From: an uncultured delta proteobacterium
Lineage (GTDB): Bacteria > Desulfobacterota > Desulfobacteria > Desulfobacterales > Desulfosalsimonadaceae
Direction: 5' to 3'
DNA: 64,000 bases
Assembly: GCA_963826785.1 (NCBI GenBank)
Contig: CAWGYD010000006.1
Coordinates: 288,001 to 352,000 of the forward strand
Shown here in pieces: positions 19,033-28,701 of this stretch. Position 1 is the stretch's first letter. Each line of letters begins with the position of its first letter. Below the pieces are notes generated by a model. That model worked only from the letters and a program-made list of their open reading frames with translations. It was not told the DNA's origin and ran no database searches. The translations under genes and the position numbers were made by a program.

Positions 19033-21453
19033 TTACCGGGTCTCCACCTGAACCAGATTTTTCTGTTCAAGCTGTACAATTCGGGGGGTTATGAATATCA
19101 GCAGTTCATTCTTGGTATTTTCCTTGCTCACACTTTTAAACAGCCACCCGACGATGGGCATGTCCTTTAATACCGGGAATCCGGATTCACTTTCCTGCAG
19201 AGTGGTCTTCACCACCCCGCCGATGACGATGGTATCACCGTCATCCACCAGGAGGCGCGTCTGGGCCTCATTGGTGGAGGTGATCAGATCGCCGCTGGGG
19301 GCTTCGCCCACGATCTCATTCTTTGTGGTGGTGATATTCAATGAAATTCGGCGATCTGCGGTCACCTGGGGTGTGACTTCCAGCAGCAGGTCCACATCCT
19401 CAAACGCGATGTTGACTTCATTGTCTTCAACCGTCTGGTAAGGAACCCGCAGTCCCTGCTTGATCATGGCGGACTGATTATCCAGGGTGAGAATTTTAGG
19501 CGAGGAAATGATCTTGCCCTTGCCTTGCTGCTCCATCGCCCGCAGGGCGGCGTCAAGAACGAAGGGGGTCCCCCACGCGTCCAGTCTCTCGAAATTAAAG
19601 GCAAGCAGCCCGGTGCTGTCGTTGTTGCCTTTATAAGGCGTATTCATGACCAGATTGTATCCGTACTGGCCGCCCAGGTCATTGCTGTAGATCTCCTCGC
19701 CCGAAGCACCCCATTGAAATCCGAGTTCCCGGGTATAATCATCATTGACTTCAACGATTCTGGCCTCGATCTGGACCTGCATCGGCACCGTATCAATCTT
19801 TTCGATCACCTGTTTGGCTTTTTGAATGGCATCCTGCGTATCGGTGATGATCAATTGGTTGTTGCGCTTATCCACCGTGATTTTGCCGCGGGGGGTTTTG
19901 ATGTCGCTGAGATGGCTGACAATTTCCTTATCCGCATTCGCATAACTGATTTCGATAAATTCCGTGAACAGGGGTTCCAGTGTCTTTTCCTGCTCTTCCC
20001 GCTCCTTCATGGCCTTAATCTGCTCCTGGCGGGCTTTTTCCTCATTCTTTATCGTACTCAGGGTGGCCACCCGGATGATATCGCCTTCCGGAATGGTTCC
20101 CAGCTGATTCATCCGGCAAACCAAATCCAGCACCTGGTCCCATGGGACCGGTTTGTCCAGAGAGATGGTCACTTCCCCGTTGACATTCTTGTCAATGGCG
20201 TAATTTTTACCGCTGATCTGCTGCAGGATGCGAAATACGTTCTTGATATCGGTTTTGTAGAAATCAAGAGCGATTTTCTGACCTTTATAATCCTTCCGGG
20301 CCATCACCAGTTTCGCATAGGGGTCGTCGGAAACCGCCTGAATGTCGGTCACCTGAGCATCAGATGTCGATGCGGTTGGAATTTCATCAACTGTTTCCGC
20401 TTTATTCAGAACCTGCTGCCAATCGGGGAGATTTGCCGCCTCCAATGGCCGGGGGCCGATGGAAGACGGATCAAAATACACTGTGATATCGGTTCCGTCC
20501 TGAATGGGACGGTAGGGAACGGTTTCCCGCAGCTCGATAATAATATCGGTGATGTTTTCTTTTTCGGATGTCTGTACCGGGCTGACGCGGTCCACGGCGC
20601 TTTCAAACCGGGTGGTGATCAGGGGCCGGTTGCGCCTGAATTGCGGCAGTTTGCTGTTAAACAACCGGATCCGCAGGGTGCGATCCGAAACTTTACTGAT
20701 ATCAAACTCGACCGGTTCGGTGGTGCCGATAATCACCGCTGATTTTCCGGATTCCTGGCTGGAAAAATCAATCCGGTCGATTACCGCCGGGCGGCCGCTC
20801 TTTGCCAAGGGGGCCTGTTGTTTCTGCGGGGACTGTTGCGCCGGGATGATTTGGGCCAAAGCAACCGGTTCTTCTTCCAGCGCCAGGATCGGCTGCGCTT
20901 CAGATAACATTGCGCCGGACTGCTCATCGATCTGTTCGACGCCAATTTCATTTTCCATTATGGGATTACTGACGGATGCGGCGGCGATGGCGTTGAACAA
21001 GACCTCGAGATCCGGCCCTTTGCGCTCCACCGTGTATTCCGCATCCTTTTTCAGATCGATTTCGATCCGGGCGTTGTTCTGATCCGGCTGCTGATACGTT
21101 TTGATCGATGCGATGATATTGCTGTTCGGCTGTGTTTCAGCCTGAATATCGGCAAGCGATGTCTGCGGAAAATAAAGAACCACACCGACGGGCTGGTTCT
21201 TTTTGACGGACGTATACTGAAGTTCTGTGTTTCCGCTGATGATGAGCCGATCCAATGCGGTCGAATCCGCGCTTCGGCTGCCCGATACCATAATCCCGGT
21301 AATCTGCTTGGGAACAGCGGCCTTTTCAGCAACGGCATCTTCCTTGGCCGGCAGGGACCGGCAGCCGGCACCGCATGCCACCAGGATCAGCAAGGCACAT
21401 AAAAAATTTCCTACATGGCGCTTCGTCGACATCACATTCCTAAGATCATGCAT
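19033..21453 (-). CDS. pilQ: Type IV pilus secretin with AMIN-like N-terminal domains
   Basis: Lipobox GAGC; QVQIEARIVEV, IISSPKILTLDNQSAMIKQG, PVLKDMPIVGWLF, ELLIFITPRIV. Confidence 0.95.
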   Translation of the reverse strand: MHDLRNVMSTKRHVGNFLCALLILVACGAGCRSLPAKEDAVAEKAAVPKQITGIMVSGSRSADSTALDRLIISGNTELQYTSVKKNQPVGVVLYFPQTSLADIQAETQPNSNIIASIKTYQQPDQNNARIEIDLKKDAEYTVERKGPDLEVLFNAIAAASVSNPIMENEIGVEQIDEQSGAMLSEAQPILALEEEPVALAQIIPAQQSPQKQQAPLAKSGRPAVIDRIDFSSQESGKSAVIIGTTEPVEFDISKVSDRTLRIRLFNSKLPQFRRNRPLITTRFESAVDRVSPVQTSEKENITDIIIELRETVPYRPIQDGTDITVYFDPSSIGPRPLEAANLPDWQQVLNKAETVDEIPTASTSDAQVTDIQAVSDDPYAKLVMARKDYKGQKIALDFYKTDIKNVFRILQQISGKNYAIDKNVNGEVTISLDKPVPWDQVLDLVCRMNQLGTIPEGDIIRVATLSTIKNEEKARQEQIKAMKEREEQEKTLEPLFTEFIEISYANADKEIVSHLSDIKTPRGKITVDKRNNQLIITDTQDAIQKAKQVIEKIDTVPMQVQIEARIVEVNDDYTRELGFQWGASGEEIYSNDLGGQYGYNLVMNTPYKGNNDSTGLLAFNFERLDAWGTPFVLDAALRAMEQQGKGKIISSPKILTLDNQSAMIKQGLRVPYQTVEDNEVNIAFEDVDLLLEVTPQVTADRRISLNITTTKNEIVGEAPSGDLITSTNEAQTRLLVDDGDTIVIGGVVKTTLQESESGFPVLKDMPIVGWLFKSVSKENTKNELLIFITPRIVQLEQKNLVQVETR

Positions 21454-21469
21454 CTTTATGTTCTCCAGG

Positions 21470-22198
21470 CTAGTTCTGAAGTTTCAATTCTTTTTCTCGA
21501 ACAGCTATTTTTCCAAACATGTCCAGATACTTTTCCTCAACCACGATACGGTCCTTCAATATCTTTGATATCTGACCGCCTTTATTGCCGATATAGGTAT
21601 TTTCAGATACCACATACCCTTTCCCCGATGACTCTTCCACCAGTGCGCTGTTCTTGCTGGGGGTCCGCAACACGGCAGTCAGTCGAAGCTGGCTGAGATC
21701 GACCATTTCCAGAGGCGTCTGAGGCGGCCGGATCTGAAGCTTCTCCTTGTCGGTGGAAGTGATTTCGGGCTCCGGCTTTTTTAAAAACGGTTCAAACGGG
21801 TCAATCCGGTCTTTGCGGCTGTACAATCGCTGCTTTTTCCCGATGAGGCTTTCGATTTCCGCCTTGATGGACTGGGTTTCATCCTTCTTATCGTCACCGG
21901 TTCCATCTACCGAAACGGCCGGGTTGCTCTGACCGGGAACTTCGGAATCGACCTGCTGATCAGGTGAATTCGTGCGGTCAATGGCGGCGGTTTCAATGGG
22001 TGCAGCGGAGGGGCTCGGGGCGGCGGCCTCGGGGCTGGCGGTCGGCGTTGCTTCGACAGAGGGGGGTTCAGGCCGCTCGATTTTGATCCGATTGCTGATA
22101 AACCGCACGGATTCTGCGGCAATGGAGTCGGTGAGGCTGCCCCATAAAATCATTCCCATACAAACGAATAAACATAAATAGCGAATGATCCTGGTCAT
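21470..22198 (-). CDS. pilP: Type IV pilus assembly protein PilP
   Basis: RIDPFEPF, TPLEMVDLSQLRLTAV, ALVEESSGKGYVV..YIG; operon position. Confidence 0.9.
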   Translation of the reverse strand: MTRIIRYLCLFVCMGMILWGSLTDSIAAESVRFISNRIKIERPEPPSVEATPTASPEAAAPSPSAAPIETAAIDRTNSPDQQVDSEVPGQSNPAVSVDGTGDDKKDETQSIKAEIESLIGKKQRLYSRKDRIDPFEPFLKKPEPEITSTDKEKLQIRPPQTPLEMVDLSQLRLTAVLRTPSKNSALVEESSGKGYVVSENTYIGNKGGQISKILKDRIVVEEKYLDMFGKIAVREKELKLQN

Positions 22199-22200
22199 AA

Positions 22201-22833
22201 TTATCTTCTCTTCTTTTTCTTGCCCTTGGCGGGTTTGCTCTCAGGGGCGGATTCGATGAACTTGTAAGTTTCGGCCATGCAGGATATCGAGAGGGCCGCG
22301 CCTCTTTTGGTTTTCATGTCGAAATCCTTGATGTTGACGATTCGGCTCATGCCGGCCAGCTGGTCGAAAAATTCACCCAGATCATGATATGTTCCGTCCA
22401 GCTGCATCCGGATGGGAAGCTCCGCGTAAAAATTCTGCTTTTTTTCCGCTTCCGGCTTGAACAGCAGAAACGTGAGCCCCGAGTCTTTTCCGGATTCGGA
22501 AATGCTGGTCAGCAGGGACGGAATTTCATCGGTTACCGGCAGCGCCTTTGCCACTGCATTGAATTTGGCCTGGGCTTCCTCCATCTTCTTCTTGTACATG
22601 GCATACTGGGCGGCGGTGGCTTTGGTCTTTGCCAGTAGGTCTTCCTGTTTCGAAATCTCGGCTTTGAGCTTCTTGATTTCCTCAAGCTGAGGCTTGAATG
22701 CGAACCAGCCGAACAGGCCGATAATCACCACAAAGGAGACGATGCTGATAATGATCCGCTGAACCCGGGTGAGGTCACTGATTTTCTGGATAAGCGGTTC
22801 AATCGAATTTAATGAAAAACTGATCTTCTTCAT
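22201..22833 (-). CDS. pilO: Type IV pilus assembly protein PilO
   Basis: TM plus coiled coil; LPVTDEIPSLL, FYAELPI, GTYHDLGEFFDQLAGMSRIVNI. Confidence 0.92.
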   Translation of the reverse strand: MKKISFSLNSIEPLIQKISDLTRVQRIIISIVSFVVIIGLFGWFAFKPQLEEIKKLKAEISKQEDLLAKTKATAAQYAMYKKKMEEAQAKFNAVAKALPVTDEIPSLLTSISESGKDSGLTFLLFKPEAEKKQNFYAELPIRMQLDGTYHDLGEFFDQLAGMSRIVNIKDFDMKTKRGAALSISCMAETYKFIESAPESKPAKGKKKKRR

Positions 22834-22848
22834 TATCTTTCTGCCCTT

Positions 22849-23424
22849 TTATTTTGCGGCCAGTTTAGCGGCCGGCGGCTTGTCCTTGGCCCTTTGACAT
22901 ACGATCTGAAACTGTTTCATATTGATGCCGTATCTGGAAACCTGCTTGGCACTGGTCAGATCGACCTTGCTGAACTGCTTGGATTGTTCAAGCCGGATCA
23001 TGAACTTGGCCACCGTTTCATTGTCCAGGGCCACACCGTCGATAACGGCCCTGGCCGAATTGACATTGAGCCGGAGAAGTTCCATTCGGCCCGGAACCAC
23101 GGTCTCGGTCATTTCGGAAAGCAGGATAGGTGGTTTTTCGCGATCGGCCTTCAGCTGATTGACGATTTCAATCTGCTTTTCCAGTGTCGCCAGCTTTTTC
23201 TTGATATCCTCGACTTCCTTGGCCTTGGCCTCATAGATGGCGACTTCTTTTTTAACCTGATCCAGCCGGCCGGCAAGTTGTCCCACCTTTGATTTCAGAA
23301 AACCGAACCCGACCCCCAAGATGACGATTAAAAGGACAAGAGACAGTAAAAACACCGACACCTGTCTCCGGATATTCTCCTTGGTCCGCGCCGCCCGGTA
23401 GGGCAGTAAGTTAATGCGTATCAT
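22849..23424 (-). CDS. pilN: Type IV pilus assembly protein PilN
   Basis: MIRINLLP N-terminal motif, TM helix, coiled coil. Confidence 0.93.
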   Translation of the reverse strand: MIRINLLPYRAARTKENIRRQVSVFLLSLVLLIVILGVGFGFLKSKVGQLAGRLDQVKKEVAIYEAKAKEVEDIKKKLATLEKQIEIVNQLKADREKPPILLSEMTETVVPGRMELLRLNVNSARAVIDGVALDNETVAKFMIRLEQSKQFSKVDLTSAKQVSRYGINMKQFQIVCQRAKDKPPAAKLAAK

Positions 23425-24476
23425 TTGTCGTCCACTCTTCTAATTGCAAGCCCCAGGGAGATGGCCGCCTGTGGTGCCATCTGTTTCAGAAAAGCCGCAT
23501 CCAGCTGATCATCTCCGATTTCAAATTTCTCGAAAGGATTGATCGATTTTACCTCAGCCGAGGACTGCAGCGCCAGCAGTTCACGAAATTCCTTGATGTT
23601 GGCGCCGCCGCCGCTCAACACAATCTGTTTGATTTCCTCTTCGGGATTGGTGGAATAGAAAAAATCAAGCGCCCGTCGGATTTCATCACACCAGTCGGAT
23701 ACAACCGAAGAGGTGATTTCCTTGAGTTCCTCGGGAGAGATTTTGTCGGGCTTTTCGCTGTACTTGATTTCCTCCGCTTCCGCCATCGAGCAGTTTGCAG
23801 AAGATGCGATCCGCTGGTTGATTTGATTGCAGCCCAGGGAAACATCACGCATGAATACAGATGTTTTGCCTTTCAGGATATTAACCGATGTTTTACTCGC
23901 CCCGATATCGATCAGGGCGATATTGCCGCCCATGGCTTCATAGTTGAGTTCATAAATATTCTGCAGGGCGAACGCATCGATATCGATGATGCACAGGTTC
24001 AGGTTGGCCATATCGATTAAGTTTATGTAATCGTTAACCATATCCTTTTTGGCGGCCACCAGCAGGACGTTCATCTGGTTCGGATTGCTCTCACTTTCGC
24101 CCAGTATTTGAAAATCAAGATTCACATCGTTAATGTCGAATGGAATGTACTGTTCGGCTTCGAAATTGATGGATTCAAAAAGCTGGTCTTCCGGCATGTT
24201 CTGTATGGAGATGTTTTTCACGATGACCGAATACCCGCCGATGGATATGGCCACATTGTTCTGCTTGAAATTATACATCTGAAACAGCTGCCGGATCGCA
24301 TTGGCCACGTTCTGAGGGTCTTTGACAACCCCTTCCTCGATCACGCCGGGATCGATGTCGATTGAACCGAACTTCTTCAAGGTCCAGCCTTTTTTGGATC
24401 CAACCGCTTCCGCCGCCTTGATTGTCCGGGATCCGATATCCAACCCGACCAGTTGATTTTTGGGCCCAAATACCAT
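23421..24476 (-). CDS. pilM: Type IV pilus assembly protein PilM
   Basis: VGLDIGS, EAEQYIPF, VLLVAAKK, LIDIGASKT, LSGGGA, LGLAIR. Confidence 0.95.
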   Translation of the reverse strand: MVFGPKNQLVGLDIGSRTIKAAEAVGSKKGWTLKKFGSIDIDPGVIEEGVVKDPQNVANAIRQLFQMYNFKQNNVAISIGGYSVIVKNISIQNMPEDQLFESINFEAEQYIPFDINDVNLDFQILGESESNPNQMNVLLVAAKKDMVNDYINLIDMANLNLCIIDIDAFALQNIYELNYEAMGGNIALIDIGASKTSVNILKGKTSVFMRDVSLGCNQINQRIASSANCSMAEAEEIKYSEKPDKISPEELKEITSSVVSDWCDEIRRALDFFYSTNPEEEIKQIVLSGGGANIKEFRELLALQSSAEVKSINPFEKFEIGDDQLDAAFLKQMAPQAAISLGLAIRRVDDK

Positions 24477-24811
24477 AGTTTTTTCTCTATTCGTCCATGA
24501 AAGTTCGCATCTACGGACAACCTTGGAAAACAGAAGCGGATGCCCATTGACAGATCATATATCGTTGATACGCGTGTTGGTATGTGGCCGGATGAATATT
24601 CCGGTTAATGAACGGAAGGGAAAGAAAAGAAAAATGATCGGGATTGCGGGCTGTGCAGTAACGATTTTCTGAAGCTGTATCCTTCAAATCACATACCTTA
24701 CATTTAATCGGCTGCTTGGTTTCATATGCCAGTGTCCATCAATGCCCGCTTTAGGAAGCCGCCCGTCCTCATCATGCCAAACAAAACAGGGCGGGTAGTA
24801 CGTGTAGGACC

Positions 24812-24840
24812 GGTATAAGCTTAAATTGTTGTTATGTCAA
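24812..24840 (-). promoter_or_regulatory. Putative sigma70 promoter of pilMNOPQ
   Basis: Minus strand TTGACA-17-TATACC. Confidence 0.5.
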
Positions 24841-25139
24841 GGAAATTATTGTAACAAATATTTCACTCCGCATTTATTCCCAATAAAAACCATTATATAT
24901 TTTTCCGTCCCCGCTACACGAAATATCAAACATTGCCGGGGCGTATTCTGGCCTGAATATGCAAGGTCGAGAATATCTTCAACTGATTTGCAGGGTCAAT
25001 ATAAATAATCCGTATGCTTTGAAAAAAATTTAAATATAATTCCACTATCGTTTGCTTCAGTATCATCTGGTGAAAAGCCCAATCTGATTCCGCAGCTCAG
25101 TTGGATAAAGAAATTCATACGACGGGATGCAGTTAAGTC

Positions 25140-25156
25140 TGCAAGTCCAATGCCAA
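25140..25156 (-). promoter_or_regulatory. Putative sigma54 (-24/-12) promoter facing pilM
   Basis: Minus strand TTGGCATTGGACTTGCA (GG-N10-GC). Confidence 0.6.
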
Positions 25157-25467
25157 TTACGACTATTTATCTAAACAAACCGACACGGCCTCAAGGCATT
25201 TTAATCAAAAAGGCGTGCTGACTTCTTTTGGCGAACAATGTCTTGAATTCACATCCATATGATCGAGCAACTGAAAATTCATTTGTATGGCTTTGGCCGG
25301 AAATACCCGGACTTGCGCGCAAGGGTTTGGTTTTGCCGATTCTAAGGCGGGACGATGCGTGTACATTAATGCACCATAGTGATCAAATGTATACAATCAT
25401 AGTATTGGGCGATCGAACAGATATGTTGAGGGGAAAGAAAAAGCGAAAAGATTTGCAGGAAAGACAG

Positions 25468-27027
25468 CTAAAAGGCGAATGCGCCGTACACGGGTTCGAA
25501 CCGGCCGGCCCGGCACAGATCCATGAAAATATGGACGATTTCCGGATCAAACTGCGTTCCTTTTGCGGAATCGATGATCTTTAAAACTTCTCCGTGTGAC
25601 ATTTCTTTGCGGTATGCCCGATCCGAAACCATGGCATCATAGGCATCGGCAACCGAGAGAATCCTGGACAACAGGGGAATCGTGGACTCTTTTAACCCGT
25701 CGGGATAACCCGAGCCGTCATATCGCTCATGATGGTGACGGATAATTTTCTTTTCCCGGTCCCACATGCCCAGTTGACCGATAATGCTCTCGCCGATGAT
25801 GGGATGTTCCTTGATCTTCAGGTATTCCTCGCCTGACAGGCGGCCCGGTTTCAGCAGGATATCATCTCGAATTCCGATTTTTCCGATATCATGGAGACGG
25901 CCGGCGAAATTGAGAACATCCAGCTCCTCCTTGGAGCACCCCATTGCGCCGGCGATAATCATGGCGGTATCCGTTACCCGGTTGGAGTGTTCCTTGGTAT
26001 AAGCGTCCCTTGCCTCCACCGTGGTGACGAAAGCGGAAAGCGTCGAGAACAGATTGTCATAGATATTTTCGTACAGCGCGATGTTTTCGATCAGGAAAGC
26101 CGCCTGCTGGTTCATGAAGGAAAGATAATACAGGTCTTTTTCCGTCAGGGTCCGGCCTGCGGTATATGTCAGAACAATCTGCACGCCAAAGACCTTATCC
26201 CGGATTTTCAAGGGAATCCCCACCAGGGACCGAACCTCCGGCATCAGCGCCTGGCCGGCATTTTCCGAAATCAGCAGGGGCATTTCTTCTTTTGCAATGT
26301 CATGAATCAGACGATGCAGACCGTTTCGGTCTCCCCGGGCGATGAGCGCCGGTGCATTTTCCGGTTTATCATCATTTTTAAAGCGGGATATCAGCTCAAA
26401 AGGCAGTTCCACGGATTGACTGACGATGTAAAAAGAAGAAAAATCAGCCGGTGTGATGGAAATGGCCATATCGACAATGTGATTGAAAATCTCGGTGCCG
26501 GTTCGCACGGACATCAGTTCGGACATGATCTTGTTGAGCACCCGGAGTTCATCCACCTTGACCACCAGCTCACGGTTTAGCCGCTCCAATCTTTGCTTGC
26601 CCTCCAGCTCCTTGTTGAGGATGATGTTGCGGATGAACAGATCGCGTTCACGGAGCACCCGCTGAAGGCAAAGCGTCAGTTGGCTGAGGTTCACCGGCTT
26701 GATCAAATAATCGACGACGCCATTTTTTAAGGTGCGGATGGTGTTGTCCAGAGAAGGATATCCCGTCATGATCACCACGGGGATGGTGTTATCGGTTTTC
26801 CGGAGATATTCGGCCAACTCCAGGCCGTCCATCTCCGGCATATTGATATCCGTAAAACAGCAGTCAATAACGTTTTCAGGTTTTTCGATGATCTCGATGG
26901 CCTCTTTCCCGTTCCGGGCCGTCAGCACATCATATCCCATGTTCTGAAAGTGCTCGCTGGCCACTTCCAGAATGGATTCCTCATCATCGACAAACAGGAT
27001 TGATTTCTTCGATTCGCTGTCCATCAT
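25468..27027 (-). CDS. Response regulator with REC-GAF-HD-GYP domains (cyclic dinucleotide phosphodiesterase)
   Basis: FVDDE, DINMPEMDG, KP; HSNRV, HDIGKIG, HHERYDGSGYPDGL, ADAYDAM. Confidence 0.92.
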   Translation of the reverse strand: MMDSESKKSILFVDDEESILEVASEHFQNMGYDVLTARNGKEAIEIIEKPENVIDCCFTDINMPEMDGLELAEYLRKTDNTIPVVIMTGYPSLDNTIRTLKNGVVDYLIKPVNLSQLTLCLQRVLRERDLFIRNIILNKELEGKQRLERLNRELVVKVDELRVLNKIMSELMSVRTGTEIFNHIVDMAISITPADFSSFYIVSQSVELPFELISRFKNDDKPENAPALIARGDRNGLHRLIHDIAKEEMPLLISENAGQALMPEVRSLVGIPLKIRDKVFGVQIVLTYTAGRTLTEKDLYYLSFMNQQAAFLIENIALYENIYDNLFSTLSAFVTTVEARDAYTKEHSNRVTDTAMIIAGAMGCSKEELDVLNFAGRLHDIGKIGIRDDILLKPGRLSGEEYLKIKEHPIIGESIIGQLGMWDREKKIIRHHHERYDGSGYPDGLKESTIPLLSRILSVADAYDAMVSDRAYRKEMSHGEVLKIIDSAKGTQFDPEIVHIFMDLCRAGRFEPVYGAFAF

Positions 27028-27197
27028 GCATCCAAGTCACTTTGGGTCAAAAGAAGTCCTGCCGTGCTGCATCCATGTGGATCAACCACATAGAAAGAAA
27101 ACGTTACCATCGTTGACGCCAAGTCAACGCCCATGATTTCAAATTCCGACATATGGCCGTTTTTGTCAAGATTTATGCCGACTTGAACCGTCTTTAC

Positions 27198-27226
27198 TTG
27201 AAAATCGAATAACCTCAGGTTATGGT
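27198..27226 (+). promoter_or_regulatory. Putative sigma70 promoter of lysA with an overlapping palindrome
   Basis: TTGAAA-17-TATGGT containing ATAACCT-C-AGGTTAT. Confidence 0.4.
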
Positions 27227-27299
27227 GCAATCTTTCATATGAACAACCGGGCGGAAACACACATCAGGAATTTTCCGCCTTCAATAAGGAGACGTTCCC

Positions 27300-28568
27300 A
27301 TGCCCATGTCAAATGATTTCAGAAAGCGGCTGTTTCCGGTGCTGCCTGAGATCGCGGATCATTTTGGCACCCCCTTTCACCTCTATGATGAAAGGGGCAT
27401 CCTGCAAACCGGGGATGCGCTGAAAACTGCATTTGCTTCCATGGCCGGCTTTAAGGAGTATTTTGCCGTAAAAGCCCTGCCCAATCCGCAGATACTGCGG
27501 ATCATGAAAAAAATGGGATTCGGATTCGACTGCAGTTCCGGGCCGGAATTGACGTTGAGCCGCATGATCGGCGCTTCCGGTGAAGACCTGATGTTCACTT
27601 CCAACAATACCACCGAAGCAGAATTTTTGCAGGCATTTTCCAACGGCGGCAGCATCATCAATTTAGATGATGTCAATCTGATCCAAAAGCTTCCGGAAAT
27701 CCCGGACCTGATCTGCTTTCGATACAACCCGGGGCCGCGGCGGACCGGAAACGCCATCATCGGAAATCCGGTGGAAGCCAAGTACGGGGTGAGCCACGAT
27801 CAGATGCTGGATGCTTACCGGCTGATGCGGGAAAAGGGATCGACCCGGTTCGGCCTGCACACCATGCTGGTATCAAACGAACTCCACCACGAATATATGG
27901 TGGAAACCGCCGCCATGCTTCTGGACCTGGTGGAGTGGATATCGGACGAACTCGGCATTACCTTCGAATTTATCAACATTGGAGGCGGGCTGGGCATTCC
28001 CTACCGGCCGGAGGACCCGCCGCTGGATCTTGCAGCCCTGGGCGGGCAAATCGGCAAGCTGTTTGCGTCCTTTCAGGACCGGCACGGATACATGCCCAGG
28101 CTGTTCATGGAAAGCGGCCGGTATATGACCGGTCCGCACGGCATCCTGGTCACCCGGGCGATCAATGAAAAAAACGTTTACCGGAAATATATCGGGGTGG
28201 ATGCGTGCATGTCCGCCCTGATGCGGCCGGGCATGTACGGCGCTTATCATCACATCGAGGTGATCGGAAAAAATAACGATTCGCACTCCGAGGAAACCGT
28301 TGATGTGGTGGGTTCCCTGTGCGAAAACATCGATAAATTCGCGGTGCAGCGATCCTTGCCAATCATCGCGCCCGGCGACCTGCTGGTGATTCAGGACACC
28401 GGCGCCCATGGACACGCCATGGGATTCAACTACAACGCCAAGCTCAGACCCCAGGAACTGCTGCTGAAAAAAGACGGTTCGGTCGAACTGATCCGCAGGG
28501 AAGAAACCGAGGCCGATTATTTCGCCACCCTGCAGTTTCCCCAAAACAGATGGACACACAACAGCTGA
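27300..28568 (+). CDS. lysA: Diaminopimelate decarboxylase
   Basis: FAVKA (PLP lysine), NIGGGLG, ESGRY, GSLCEN, GAHGHAMGFNYN. Confidence 0.92.
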   Translation: MPMSNDFRKRLFPVLPEIADHFGTPFHLYDERGILQTGDALKTAFASMAGFKEYFAVKALPNPQILRIMKKMGFGFDCSSGPELTLSRMIGASGEDLMFTSNNTTEAEFLQAFSNGGSIINLDDVNLIQKLPEIPDLICFRYNPGPRRTGNAIIGNPVEAKYGVSHDQMLDAYRLMREKGSTRFGLHTMLVSNELHHEYMVETAAMLLDLVEWISDELGITFEFINIGGGLGIPYRPEDPPLDLAALGGQIGKLFASFQDRHGYMPRLFMESGRYMTGPHGILVTRAINEKNVYRKYIGVDACMSALMRPGMYGAYHHIEVIGKNNDSHSEETVDVVGSLCENIDKFAVQRSLPIIAPGDLLVIQDTGAHGHAMGFNYNAKLRPQELLLKKDGSVELIRREETEADYFATLQFPQNRWTHNS

Positions 28569-28642
28569 GGCGGCAGGAAGCCCCGCAACGCACACCCGGA
28601 GAATAAATCCGATAAAGTCTTTACGAATTAAATTTTTCCATC

Positions 28643-28678
28643 AATGAAAAGGGGCGGCCTGGGCCGCCCCTTTTCATT
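28643..28678. terminator. Bidirectional intrinsic terminator
   Basis: AATGAAAAGGGGCGGCC-TG-GGCCGCCCCTTTTCATT between convergent genes. Confidence 0.9.
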
Positions 28679-28701
28679 ATTTTAAATGCGCAACCAAAAA
28701 T

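Noticed and set aside
19525..20742. 405-aa ORF antisense to pilQ (likewise 37101-38057, 41524-42759, 47396-48313, 56425-57360, 60337-61419)
   Set aside because: Shadow ORFs on the opposite strand of conserved genes, typical of GC-rich codon usage; no motifs
24690..24810. c-di-GMP-I (GEMM) riboswitch upstream of pilM
   Set aside because: No GGCAAA...GAAA...GACGCAAAGC consensus found on either strand by eye
27028..27299. Lysine riboswitch before lysA
   Set aside because: No AGAGG(T)GC P1/P2 signature, and the predicted promoter leaves only ~70 nt of leader
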